Positions 33,718-44,133 of a stretch of 44,133 nt of DNA are shown here, piece after piece. Below the pieces are notes generated by a model. It had not been told where the DNA came from, did not search any database, and saw only the letters and a list, made by a program, of their open reading frames with translations. The stretch is taken from assembly GCA_030167865.1 (NCBI GenBank), contig JALAGF010001066.1:1-44133 (forward strand). Direction: 5' to 3'. Both the position numbers and the translations under genes were made by a program. Positions within the stretch are counted from its first letter, which is position 1; every line of letters starts with the position of its first letter. Origin of the DNA: Craspedostauros australis (Eukaryota).

Positions 33718-35759
33718 TGTGCTTGGATGGGGTGCTGGTGTGTTGCGTTGCAATGTGTTGTGTGGTGTTGTACGCGTATTGTATTGTGTTGCTGCTTCGG
33801 TGGATGCGATGGTTGTGCTGATGCGTTCACGTTGTCGCTTTGCTCTGCTATTCTTTGCTTTGAGATGGTGCTCGTTTGTATTTTATGACAGGATCTGGTG
33901 TTGGTGTTGACCAGGGATTGGACCACAGTCTGATGGTCCACGCGTCGCAGGTTGGATTGGAAACACCCAGGTACTATACAATGGAGGATGCTTTGGCCGG
34001 CATCTCTATAACATGTATGGCATAAGCGTGGCACGAGTATCCGTGTGCCGTGGTGTAACTGGGCGCTAAGCGGATACTCCCACCGCAAATGTTGGTGAAA
34101 GAACAGAGCAGAGCGGCAAGAAAGCAATGAGCAAGGCAAGATTTCCAACCAAGACCGGGGTTGACATGTCGTTCACAGGCAACAAGACCGAAAATTCTTG
34201 CTTGCCACATCTTTGCATCTGTCTCTGACCCGTGCCAACTCCGGCTTGTATCGACCATCGGCTTTGCCGTCCCGTCCCAGGAACACATTTGTGTCATGCC
34301 ACATCGCTAAGGCTTTGTCGGCCCGTCCGCTGCTTGACGAAGACATGCATACGATGTCGGAGCGCCCCAGAATCGACACAGCGGACAAGGTACCATCTTG
34401 GTGACTGTGATTGACATACTACTACGTCGAGCAAGACGCATTCCTCAACTTCTACTTCATGCCACATTGCACCACCTCGAGCTCGTGTCTGCTTCGACCC
34501 GTCGGCATGATATTTCGTTGCGCTTTCAGTTGGAACGGACGAATGCACCCAACATGGATGTCTCATGGTCTTCATGTCTTGGTGGAACACGATAGTATAC
34601 AAGTGCTCCTTCGTTCGTCCACGAAGCTGTAATGCGGGATGTCTCATCCCGACAGCGTGGTCACAGAGAACATTAAAGACAACTGCTATGAGTCTGATGC
34701 TCCGACGCACCATACGACTACTGGTCGCGGAGAGTGCATGCAATCATCGAGGTGAGAGCCAAATCAAACCAGGGAGAAGTACGACCTCCGAGCCAGAGAT
34801 CGATACAAAATGTGGCAGCGTCCGCTACTCTGCGAGTCACTCTATCATTCTGTGGCAGGACGCCTACCACCTAGCGACACAGCAAGCATAGGTCGCAGAG
34901 AGTCCACTGTTCAGTTGGTGTTCTCCAACGATGATTCCGACAGTGATAGAACATGAGCAGCAACAGCGGCAACAGCAATGGCAATAGCAATAGCAAGATC
35001 GACGGAGATAAGATCGAACGGGTGAATGGATCCTTGCGAGCCTTGCGAGACGAGAAGAGGCATCGACGGCCTCAAAGACCAACAAGGGACATTGATCTGG
35101 GGGTAGCAACCGTAATCGTATCGGCAGGAGTACGCACAAATGCTCGCAGGTATAGCTCATGGCTCTCCTGTGAGTGTTCATTGGATACTGTAGTCCTTTT
35201 GCCGACGAGCCGTGGTCGACATTTCGGAGGTAGAAGATCATTGCAGACGATCATCATGTCGCGCCATGCATCTCGCCAGCGAGCAGTGATACGAACGGCA
35301 CGACTGCAGACTGGACATCGCGTCATGGGGCATTGTCCACCCCGCACTCGGAGGTATGCTAGCATGGCGCCACCACCGAGCTGGTGAATGCAGTGTTCGC
35401 AGACAGAAGCAACCAGCAGTGCACCAGGCCATGTCCGGACGAACGCAAACGGAGAGGCTTTTCCGAACCTACCAACACCGATGGACAGACAGCAAGGGAG
35501 CAGGAACGAGGCTGGAGTGGACCACCCGTGGCTCGGGATCAAGAGCCATTCTTGCACTGTGTACCAACACAGTCGACACAAACAACCACAGCATGCTCTG
35601 TTCGCAGAGTAGGCTATCATGGACACGAGCACACATGGGCGAGCAGCAACCGTCGTATTATATTAGATGTTGGTCGTTGGAAATGCGTATTGAGCTATGT
35701 ATTGTGGGCGATGCCTTCGTATGCAGCCCATACGCGCAGTTGTTGATCTAGCTGTTGAT

Positions 35760-36335
35760 CTAGGCCGCTCTTCTGCGGCTGAGATCGAAGATCTTGCTGA
35801 AGGTAGTTTTGCGAGATGATCTCTGACGATCGATGGGTGCCTTTCTGCTGCGCTTCTCCGATTCTCTCCTCAGCAACTCCTTCTTCATCAATTCCTTCTT
35901 CAGCTTCCTCCTGGCCTCATCTGCTGCGGCAACTTCTGGAATGCTTGCGGCGTCCTTCTTGCCGAGTTTCCGCGCAGTCTTTCGGCTGTCGTGCGTCAGC
36001 TCTCGGCAGATGGTCGCGACGATCTCGTCATCGATGATGCAGTCGCGGCGTTGCCTGTCAGCTTCGTCTAGGACGGCCTGCACGACGTTGATCGTTGTGG
36101 TCCTGCGTGCAAACTTCTGTTCGGGCGACCATGATTCCAGGCCTCTCGGTTCGAAGTCGCCTGGCGGCACACCTCGTTCCAGCGCTTGGAGTCCGCGCCT
36201 GTCCTCCTCCTGATTCCTGGCGAGCTCGTTCCTTGTGTACCATGTGTCCTTCCTTTGTTCCTCCGTCATTTCGTGATGAGACTCGATCTCGATGAGCCGC
36301 TCTGGCTGTTGACAGAAGTTGACTGACTTGCCCAT
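35760..36335 (-). CDS. 'VxF...W...RGLE' family protein, paralogue 3 (about 191 aa)
   Basis: Motifs MGKSVNF, TWYT, FEPRGLE, VQAVLDE, ELTHDSRKTARKLGKKD and IPEVA. The start was chosen by alignment with paralogue 4. Confidence 0.85.
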   Translation of the reverse strand: MGKSVNFCQQPERLIEIESHHEMTEEQRKDTWYTRNELARNQEEDRRGLQALERGVPPGDFEPRGLESWSPEQKFARRTTTINVVQAVLDEADRQRRDCIIDDEIVATICRELTHDSRKTARKLGKKDAASIPEVAAADEARRKLKKELMKKELLRRESEKRSRKAPIDRQRSSRKTTFSKIFDLSRRRAA

Positions 36336-37749
36336 TGTTGGAAAGTGATGGCCTTGATGCGATTTCGATTGGTGTTGCGTTTTATGATGTGTTTGGAATG
36401 TTTGGAGTGTTTTGGTTGTGTGGTTTTTGGTTTCTGTCGTCATTTTGTGACGATGCAAACGACGCAGTTCTTCTGCCAATCCGCCGTTTGACCCAGTTTG
36501 TCATGAAGACGCGCCACCAAACACAACAACACTTGTCTGGATTAGAAAAGCGCGCAAGAATGGACATTTCCAGTCCAGCAGACATTCTCGTTTTCCCAAT
36601 GTCTTCGTGAAAACTCCCGTTGGACAAAATTGTTGCGAACAAAGGCTAGTTGTTCGTGTCGGCGATGACTCAGCTGCACGTGCAACGACTTCAACGCGGC
36701 AGTTCATGCCTTGGAGAATCGCTCCAAACAGACAAACAAATAAGCCTGGTCATGGTTCTTCCCCCATTGGTCATTTTAACTGTGCATTGAAGCACAAAAA
36801 GTCCGCCGGACAAGTTAGATCTATGAACGTGTTCGCGTAATCCAATCTTGGAACGCTGACCAATTATGACCTGTGATGTGCCAGAGGGGAATAAAATATC
36901 CGTTTGGTCGTAGTGTTTTGCGCATTGCAGCTACCCACGACACTCACAACATGCTTTGGTTCCAATCGCCAGGAACTTTGTTGCGCATCGGTCGTGCGAG
37001 TTGGATGTGCCTCTTCGCCATTGTCGCTTGTGACCAGTCCTCCGATCAGATTTCATCTCGTCACAATGTCCCGGGCACCTTGCCTCTCTCCTCCTCTCTC
37101 CTTGCGGGCGCTGTTCCCACAAAGCACAAGACAGAGAACCTGAAGAGCAGCCCATCCGCTGGCAGCATCCTTCGTGTGGCAGGTGGGTGCCGCCGTCGTT
37201 CCAGTTGCGCCAGAGAGTCCTCGTTCTGTTGGTGGCATTGTGCTGGTGCCGATCGGTGATGCGCACCAATCAACGAAATCGCCGAGGGAGACAGTTGGTG
37301 TGTTGCTTCGCTGACACAGACACTTTCTTGTGTTGAGTCCAACCAACATGGGGGTGGACGCAAGAGACGCTGCGCCACGCAAGACTGCAAGTGGCTCTCG
37401 CGAGAAGACGCCAGCACCCTTTCTGACGACATGCCGATTGTCAGAAAACAGTCTTCTTCAACTACACCACATCGAGAACAGGAGATCAGTCCCATGGCCA
37501 TTTCACAAGGAAGAAGGTTCTTGCGCATGGGGAAGACATCAGCGATCTCGCGTTCGAGAGATCTGAGCGGTTGCGATGCAGAGGTATCAGCCGCTGAATC
37601 ATCCCCGACAACATGAAGGCGCAATGACTTGAGGAGCACCAACATCGGCGCGAGGGTCAAGGCGAGGATCAAAGTGAGGATCAAGACGAGGATGCAGGTG
37701 AAAATGAATTGGAAATGAGAGAAAGGCGACGCCGAAGCAATCGCGTTGT

Positions 37750-38280
37750 CTACATCGACCTTCTTCTATTTCTGTCGAACATGCGACGGAAGCCTCTCTT
37801 CCGCACTTCTGGTGGCGGCTCCAACGATGCTTTCCGCGCTCGCTTGGCGTCACGCTCTGCCTTCATCTTCACCGCCACCTCCGGGATGCACATTCCATCT
37901 TCCTTCCCCAGCTTCCTCGCCTTCTTCCGGCTGTTGTACGTCAGCTCCTGGCTTATGGCGGAGATGATCTCATCATCGAACACGCCCTCCGTCTTCTGCC
38001 TTTGCTGTTCATCGATGACGGCCTGGATAACCTCGATGGTCGTATTCTTCCTGAGGAAGTCCTGCTCCGGAGATCTGGCCTCGAGTCCTCTGGGATCGAA
38101 CTCTTCCCCCTCGATCCCGCGCATTGCATCCTTCATCGCCCGCTGGTCGTTGTGCTGGCTCTCGGCAAGCTCCGCCTTCGTGTACCATAGCCGTGCCTTG
38201 TGCAGCTCTGGCAGGTCCTTCGTGGACTCGATCTCGAGGCACTGGTTCCTGTCTTCATCGAACACGACCTTCTTTCCCAT
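37750..38280 (-). CDS. 'VxF...W...RGLE' family protein, paralogue 4 (176 aa)
   Basis: Motifs MGKKVVF, LWYT, FDPRGLE, IQAVIDEQQRQ, ELTYNSRKKARKLGKED and IPEVA. Confidence 0.88.
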   Translation of the reverse strand: MGKKVVFDEDRNQCLEIESTKDLPELHKARLWYTKAELAESQHNDQRAMKDAMRGIEGEEFDPRGLEARSPEQDFLRKNTTIEVIQAVIDEQQRQKTEGVFDDEIISAISQELTYNSRKKARKLGKEDGMCIPEVAVKMKAERDAKRARKASLEPPPEVRKRGFRRMFDRNRRRSM

Positions 38281-39239
38281 GTTGGCTCTGAGCGATTGTG
38301 TCGTTACTGTCTTGAGGTGTATTGGCTGCTGATCGATGCTGAGATATTCTTCGTTGACAGGATCACGTCGCTCTGAGTGTGGGTGAGTGCGTTTGTCTCA
38401 ATTCGCTCAGCCTGAGTTGTCTCGTCTTGTATTGTCTTGCCTTGTTCGTCAGAGATCCGATCTTCCTTTGTCGTTGTCGTCTTTGTCAGCATCGGCTGCC
38501 GAGTAGCTCGTGCCACAATGGTTTCGATAACGCTGCGACGAAGGAGAGGGAGGGCTGGTTGGTGGCGGATGTTGTCGTTGTTCCTGTTGGTGCTGTTCAC
38601 CCCGCTGCCCATCAGTCGCCGCATGCACGAGCTACTCCGGCATGGATGGTCATTGGCAGATCAACCTCAAACGACAGCAACAACCAACAACAACAGAGAC
38701 TGTGGGCACGTGTGAGGAGCACATGGGAGAAAGAGAGAGGATTAAAACGCCTGCGTGTCAACTCAAAATGACTGCAGGTGAGCAGTTGGTGTGATCAGCG
38801 TGGTCAAAGATACCATCGCTTCCAACAGTGTTTGGAAGTTACAACAAATGACCAATTCCAACAACTTTGTGCACCAACTAGCGAACACATCAATGTTGTC
38901 GAACACAGTTGGTCGATGGACAACTATGATGCAAATCTAGAAAGAGAGTGGTCGCTCTATTCCGCAGAGTTTACTTACTTGCTAACCCTTCGACGAGGTC
39001 ATCGTCGAAGGTATGAGATTTTGTTTTGGTCAGCAAACTCAACCAGTCGAAGAGTTGCGGGCTGGAATGTGATTCGATTGTGTACTCATACTTGGAAGCA
39101 GAGCAGAGACACTCCACTACTCTGACCAACCTGCCTCTCTTTTCCTACTCTTGTCGTATGGCGCACATGACTTCTCGGATGTGAGACAAAAATCCACTGT
39201 CCTTCACTCTCTCTCTCTCCCTGTTCTGCTCTCCCCCTT

Positions 39240-40154
39240 TTACAGCTGCTCGCGCTCCCGGCGCCCTGTCACCAGATGCCACAGCCGCCTCGGGCTTTGA
39301 TCATGGCGTGGTGCTTCACAGATTGGCACCGCCGATGCTTGCGGCGCGTGCGGCTCAACATCCCCAACAAATGCGACGTTGAGCATCATGTGACGATCCG
39401 AGCCGCTGAGCGGAATGCGCAACGGGTTGGGTGCCAGCTGGAGATTCCTGCCACTGAAGCAGTTCGCGCGGCGCAGTTGGGTTGCGGAGATTCTGTATTT
39501 GAGACAGATGCCTTCGAAGGTATCTCCCTTGTTGACTTCGTGTTCTGCATAACATACGACGGAGGCGTTGGTGATGTTCGATTCGGGATCCGTTGTTGAG
39601 ATTGATACTGGTGACGCCGTTGGGGTAACGTCAGCTTGTGGTGCAACTGATCTGTCACGCAGGGATGATGCCAATGACCTTCGTGAGGTGGATGGCGACA
39701 TCCGGTTGCTTCGGCCATCATCACTGTCCTCGATCGGAGCCACATCTGCGATGGGAATGTGTTGAGAGTCAAGGCCGCGGTTGTTGGTTCCTTCTCTCTC
39801 GGGATCCTCATGGATGGAAACAGGAGGAGGAGTGGAGTTGCTGCTGCCATTATCTCCGCTCAGATTGTGCGCCGAAGCCTCACCGTGCGCACGCACACGA
39901 GTGGAAGGACGATCGCAAAGACATGCGCTCATATTCTCAATTGCTGTTTGTGCAGCATCCATGTCCTGGGTTTGCGTCATCCCAGTGTCAGCGCTGACAG
40001 AACAAGGTGATGATGCAAGCAATCTTGGGAAGCATCGGTGGGATGCGTGGTTGTCTTCTGCCATGATGTCGCCTGTCATCGGATCGAGCAATGACAAGAA
40101 TGAAGGCGGTTGGCTGGTCCCTCTTGTCTCCGTTGCCCAACATCTCAGCGTCAT
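39240..40154 (-). CDS. LysM-domain protein with a disordered N-terminus; 5' end uncertain
   Basis: C-terminal LysM: HEVNKGDTFEGICLKYRISATQLRRANCFSGRNLQLAPNPLRIP. The frame is open from 40331 but the first ATG is at 40154. A possible acceptor CAG at 40327-40325 would imply an unseen upstream exon. Confidence 0.75.
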   Translation of the reverse strand: MTLRCWATETRGTSQPPSFLSLLDPMTGDIMAEDNHASHRCFPRLLASSPCSVSADTGMTQTQDMDAAQTAIENMSACLCDRPSTRVRAHGEASAHNLSGDNGSSNSTPPPVSIHEDPEREGTNNRGLDSQHIPIADVAPIEDSDDGRSNRMSPSTSRRSLASSLRDRSVAPQADVTPTASPVSISTTDPESNITNASVVCYAEHEVNKGDTFEGICLKYRISATQLRRANCFSGRNLQLAPNPLRIPLSGSDRHMMLNVAFVGDVEPHAPQASAVPICEAPRHDQSPRRLWHLVTGRREREQL

Positions 40155-40655
40155 GCCTTGGATCTCCACACCAGTGTTGGCGTCGATGCTGGCGCTGACC
40201 CCTTCGTCTCTCTTCCCAGCAGAATCAGAAGCAGCATCAACACTGATGTTGTTGCCGTCGTCACTTTTCCTTTTTTGTGTTTCGATTCCTTCAAAAAGTG
40301 TTCCATTCGTTTCTTCATTGTTCTCTGGGACTCAACTTGAACGTGTTGGTCTAGCGAATCACACAGCAGAACTTCAAGTTCAACCTCATTCCTTCGCATA
40401 CAAACGTTTATAGACGTTAATCTTGATATTTCAAAATGCAGTCAGGTCCTTTGTGTCAGCGATTGGCATCAATTGTGTATCTGCCTTTGCCGTCACCTCT
40501 CTTGTGCACCAAAGATACGGTCGCTGTTGATGGTGGCGAAGACTCTTCGCCTCCATCCATCCATGCGATACTCTCTCACTTCATAATCCCTTGGTTATGT
40601 CATCGTGTGGCACCGCACAAAGTATGGAGGAATGAAGACAACCAGGACGTCGTGA

Positions 40656-41165
40656 TCGCTGAGCCTCCGCGTGATCGTGATGGTGGTCGGCCTCATCTTC
40701 AATGAGCGAACGAGGATGGCGCGGGAAGCCTGTTCGGGTGCCTTCGTCGGATTGCAGCCTACCCATACATGTACAGGACCACGCACGTCGTGATGCACAG
40801 GTACACGAGTACTTCCATCTGCCACAGCGGCAACAACCTGGACCGCTTTCTCGTCGGCAGACAGTTCATTTTCTTGTCAGTCTTCGCGTTCAATCAGTGC
40901 GGTACGCCCATCGACTCTCTGATCATCGAGTATCGCCGTTGAGATCTGCTCACGTCTCAGCCCACCACGACGGGCAGAACGGCCCAATGCACCGCGCTGC
41001 ATGCTGGACGACGCCAACAGCCGCTTCACGATGCACGGTCACGCGGCGGCTCTTGTTTTGGAGTCGCATCGGTATGGCTTGCTGACATACGCATACGCAT
41101 ACGCATTCGCCGTCGCGCTCAATGCGCTTTTTGATGGCAAGGCCACCAAGTGGAATGGAGTATTA
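40656..41165 (+). pseudogene. SIT: Degraded silicon transporter (SIT) fragment
   Basis: Collinear SIT motifs spread over different frames: VIVMVVGLIFNERTRMA, GAFVGLQP, YRTTH...GNNLDRFLVGRQFIFLSVFAFNQCG (GRQ at 40856-40864), CMLDDANSRF (40998), LLFWSRIG and YAFAVALNALFDGKATKWNGV. There are frameshifts, stops and internal deletions, and the second half of SIT is absent. Confidence 0.85.
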
Positions 41166-41751
41166 TCATCAAGGCCGACGGTGGCACAGACGACAACGCA
41201 GAAGCTGACAGCAGCATTCTACATTCATACATCACACGAAGCGATGCATCAGCAGTGGCAGAAACAGAATTGAAGCACGTGCGTCTCGTCTGCACAATGA
41301 TCAATGAGGTGGTGGACGCAGGGGACCGCGCCGAGCAAAACGGAAGACGGGCTGCAGGCATCTGCTGATCACGGCCAACTATTCTGGAAATGGGCAAGGG
41401 TACTGGGTCTGCCAGTGGAGTATGTGAGTTGATTGGCTCCCATTATGGATGCAACCTGCAACACCAACATCGCATCGTGTTGTCATTAATCCTCCTGGTG
41501 GTTGGATCATGAACATACGACCGCCGTTCTTTGCGTCAACTCATGATATGCAGTGTTTGATGGACTATGTTCATGTCTATTGTGTTATCTGCACGTCAAT
41601 ATATATTCTGCAATGCGTACTTGTATCACGGGTTTGGACTCATCGGTCTCTCCCTCTTCTCTCTCGCTCTCTTTGTCTCTCTCTCTCTCTGCTCCATTTC
41701 GCAGCGGCGATCCACCCGTCATCTATTATATAGTACGAGTGCGATGATTCT

Positions 41752-43917
41752 CTAATAGAACTTGGTGGACTTGTGCGTGAGAATGCCGAGGGCTGACAGA
41801 CGGAACAGCACAAAGAGTGCGAGGAGGACCAGCCAGTACCAGTACGTGTCATCCTCCTCGGCATCCATGTTGCTGATCACTCTCTCGCACTTCTCGGCTG
41901 GATCGCACGATGCGAATTCTTGCAACACCATCAAGCGAAGAGCGTAAGTCAAGGAGCAAAGGTACTGCGCCCATCTCAACCACGATGGAATGAGATCAGT
42001 GGCCACGAAGAATCCTGCGAACAGCATCTGCGGGACGAAGAGCATGGGCAGCAGTTCCGTTGCCGTCTTCGGATCTTCCACCGCTGCTCCCAACGCAACG
42101 GCCAGCGCGGCGGACACCATGGCCAAGGCGTAGTTGATGAGGAGGAACCATCCGAAGCTCATCTGGAAGTCGATCATGTAGAAGGTGATGATGGACAGGC
42201 AGAAGATCTGGCCCAAGGTCAGGACGGCCTCGACTGTGAGACGGGACAGGAAATAGGCGAAGATGTTGTAATGGTTGGTGGAGTATTCGCGCAGGAAGAC
42301 TGGGCGTTGGGAAGGGAACTGGAGCAGCGCATCGTCAGCCGTGCCAAACATGGCCATGAGCAGGACGACGATGAGGGCGCCCCAACGACTTTGCACGTTT
42401 GTTTGCTTGGAAGGATCCTCCGCGCCGACATCCCAGAAGATGACGCCGATGAGGATGCCCAGAAAGATGGTGAGACCGTATCGTGTTCCCACAGCTCCGA
42501 CGTCGCGCTTCAGGTTGATGAACTCGCGACCGAACAGAAGGCGGAGCTGCGTGAGGATGCCGACCTGGCGCGCATCGAACTTGTCATCGTCCATTCCGGT
42601 GGAATGATTGGTGATACCAAGGGCGTCGCGGCCAGTCTCATTGAGTCCATCCAACGGCGGTGCCATGTCGCGCTCGTCGGTGGGGAAGAATCCATCCTTC
42701 TCCAGCTGCTTGATGTCCTTGGCCTGGGCCACCGCCATGATGTGGTCGGACACGTTGTAGTACTGCGGGACTGGGCTGTTGCGTTCCGCGAAGTGCTGTG
42801 GGATTGCATCAACGGCTCCCTGGTACATGACGCGCCCCTTGTTCATGAGGATGAGGTGGTCGAAAGAGTTGAATATCTCGCTGGATGGCTGGTGGATGGT
42901 AAAGAGGACACTGGCGCCAGCGTTGGCGACCTTCTTCAGCACCTGGCACAGCTGGACGGCAGAGAAGCTGTCCAATCCAGATGTCGGCTCGTCCAAGAAG
43001 ACAAGAGCTGGCTTGGTGACCAGCTCCACTCCCACGGATGTTCGCTTGCGCTGTCCGCCGCTGATGCCCTTGATGAGCGGTCCTCCGACGATGGTGTCGG
43101 CGCAATCCATCAAACCGAGCTCGGCGAGCATGCGGGTGGTCAGCATCTCGATTTCCTCGTCGGTGGTGGATCGTGGAAGACGCAGCTTGGCGGAGAAGCG
43201 GATGGCCTCGCGTGGAGTCGATGTGACTGGGAGGGAATCATCCTGCGCCACGAAGGCGATCTGCTGACGTACGTTGATATCGGTAGGGTCGACGGTGTAG
43301 TTGTTGAGACGGACGTCAGCATCGATGGTGATCGCGCCTCCAGTGGCGGCTCTTCCGGCCAGGATGTTGAGGAGGGACGTCTTGCCGGCTCCACTGTTGG
43401 TCGTTGGGGTGATAGATGTGAATGGATAGATGTGGGTGGATAGATGTGAATGGATAGAGTGGAATGGGTGGAGGTTGAGAAATGTGCTTCGGTATGTTGA
43501 TGCAGATTACGCGGTCAGTACAGCGTGGAATTACACGATTGCAAACATCCCAACAGAGCAACGATATCAATGCAATCGATTCATCAGAAACCCGCTTTTC
43601 ATACAATCGTACCTTGGTCCCATGATGGCTGTGGTTTGCTTGACTGGGACTTCTCCCCACACCTTCTCGAGAAGCATGCGATCGTCCTTGCCATCCTTGC
43701 CTGCCAAGGTCATGTCGACATTGGTCCATGTGAGCGTCTTGCCGTCACGTTCCGCGAATGGATCACCGCGAATGGACATCGCAGACGCGGTGGTTTGGGC
43801 ATCGTTGGAGTTGTCATGAGATAGCTTGTGGTTTGTGGCGTCGTCATTCACGCCAATTTCAACGTCCTGCATGGTTGCAGCGTCGGTGTCGATGTTGATG
43901 TCGTTGATGGTTGTCAT
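41752..43917 (-). CDS. ABC transporter G family (White-type) half-transporter, about 648 aa, 2 exons
   Basis: Exons 43917-43613 and 43393-41752. The phase-2 GTACGA...ACAG intron splits Walker A, giving GPSGAGKTS when spliced. Q-loop VAQDD, signature ISGGQRKR, Walker B VFLDEPTSGLDS, TIHQP, then an ABC2 membrane domain. Confidence 0.96.
43409..43470. repeat. Degenerate ~14-bp tandem repeat within the ABCG intron
   Basis: gatagatgtgaatg gatagatgtgggtg gatagatgtgaatg gatagagtggaatg. Confidence 0.8.
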
Positions 43918-44133
43918 GTTGATTGAATGGTACGAGGATTGATTATGTCGTTGCTGTTCTTGGTTTGTATGCGGTGGTGGCTGCGTTCGTTAGTGTTGTT
44001 GCTGTTGTTGTTTATGACGGTAGGAATGATGAAGGTGACGATGACGTTGTTGTTTTGGATGAGTTGGTTTTATGAGAGGCTGTTGGTTTGCTGTTCCTTG
44101 CGATTTGATTTTGTGAGGAGAGTTGGGAGATCT

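Noticed and set aside
34200-35750. Short ORFs in the spacer between paralogues 2 and 3 (also 32009-32545 and 37061-37684)
   Set aside because: No fifth RGLE copy or known domain could be found in any frame inspected.
36665-36682. Adjacent TGACTCA and CACGTG (bZIP/bHLH-type) sites upstream of paralogue 3
   Set aside because: Short motifs occur by chance, and I did not see the same arrangement upstream of the other paralogues.
41920-43443. Long antisense ORFs (also 3687-4595, 10143-11063, 12706-13542, 16798-17463 and 29325-30212)
   Set aside because: Shadow ORFs opposite well-supported genes, expected from the high GC3 codon bias.

Overview
Eukaryotic nuclear DNA, almost certainly from a diatom: short GT-AG introns, CA-rich 5' leaders, a silicon-transporter remnant, and diatom-type LRR, VSR and 'RGLE' families. 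The species cannot be fixed from the sequence. Recognisable genes, left to right: a 4-exon membrane-anchored LRR protein, two SMYD-like SET proteins flanking a bestrophin, a spliced DUF501 gene, a secreted cell-surface protein with ELWxxDGT-like repeats and a mucin-like stalk, a vacuolar sorting receptor, a disordered S/R/K-rich protein, organellar TilS, a LysM protein and an ABCG half-transporter. Three things are not evident from the ORF track. (1) A frameshifted, deleted silicon transporter (SIT) pseudogene at about 40.65-41.17 kb. (2) A set of apparently related 30-93 aa micro-proteins at 8-16 kb, two with a phase-0 intron near the end; the divergent pair shares GDGPR and PAT(N/D)K motifs with synonymous divergence. 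(3) A tandem array of four diverged paralogues at 30.9-38.3 kb, each starting with an RVxF-like (PP1-docking) motif and sharing W(Y/F), RGLE and IPE motifs plus a basic C-terminal helix. All family assignments come from motif recognition by eye; no database searches were run.
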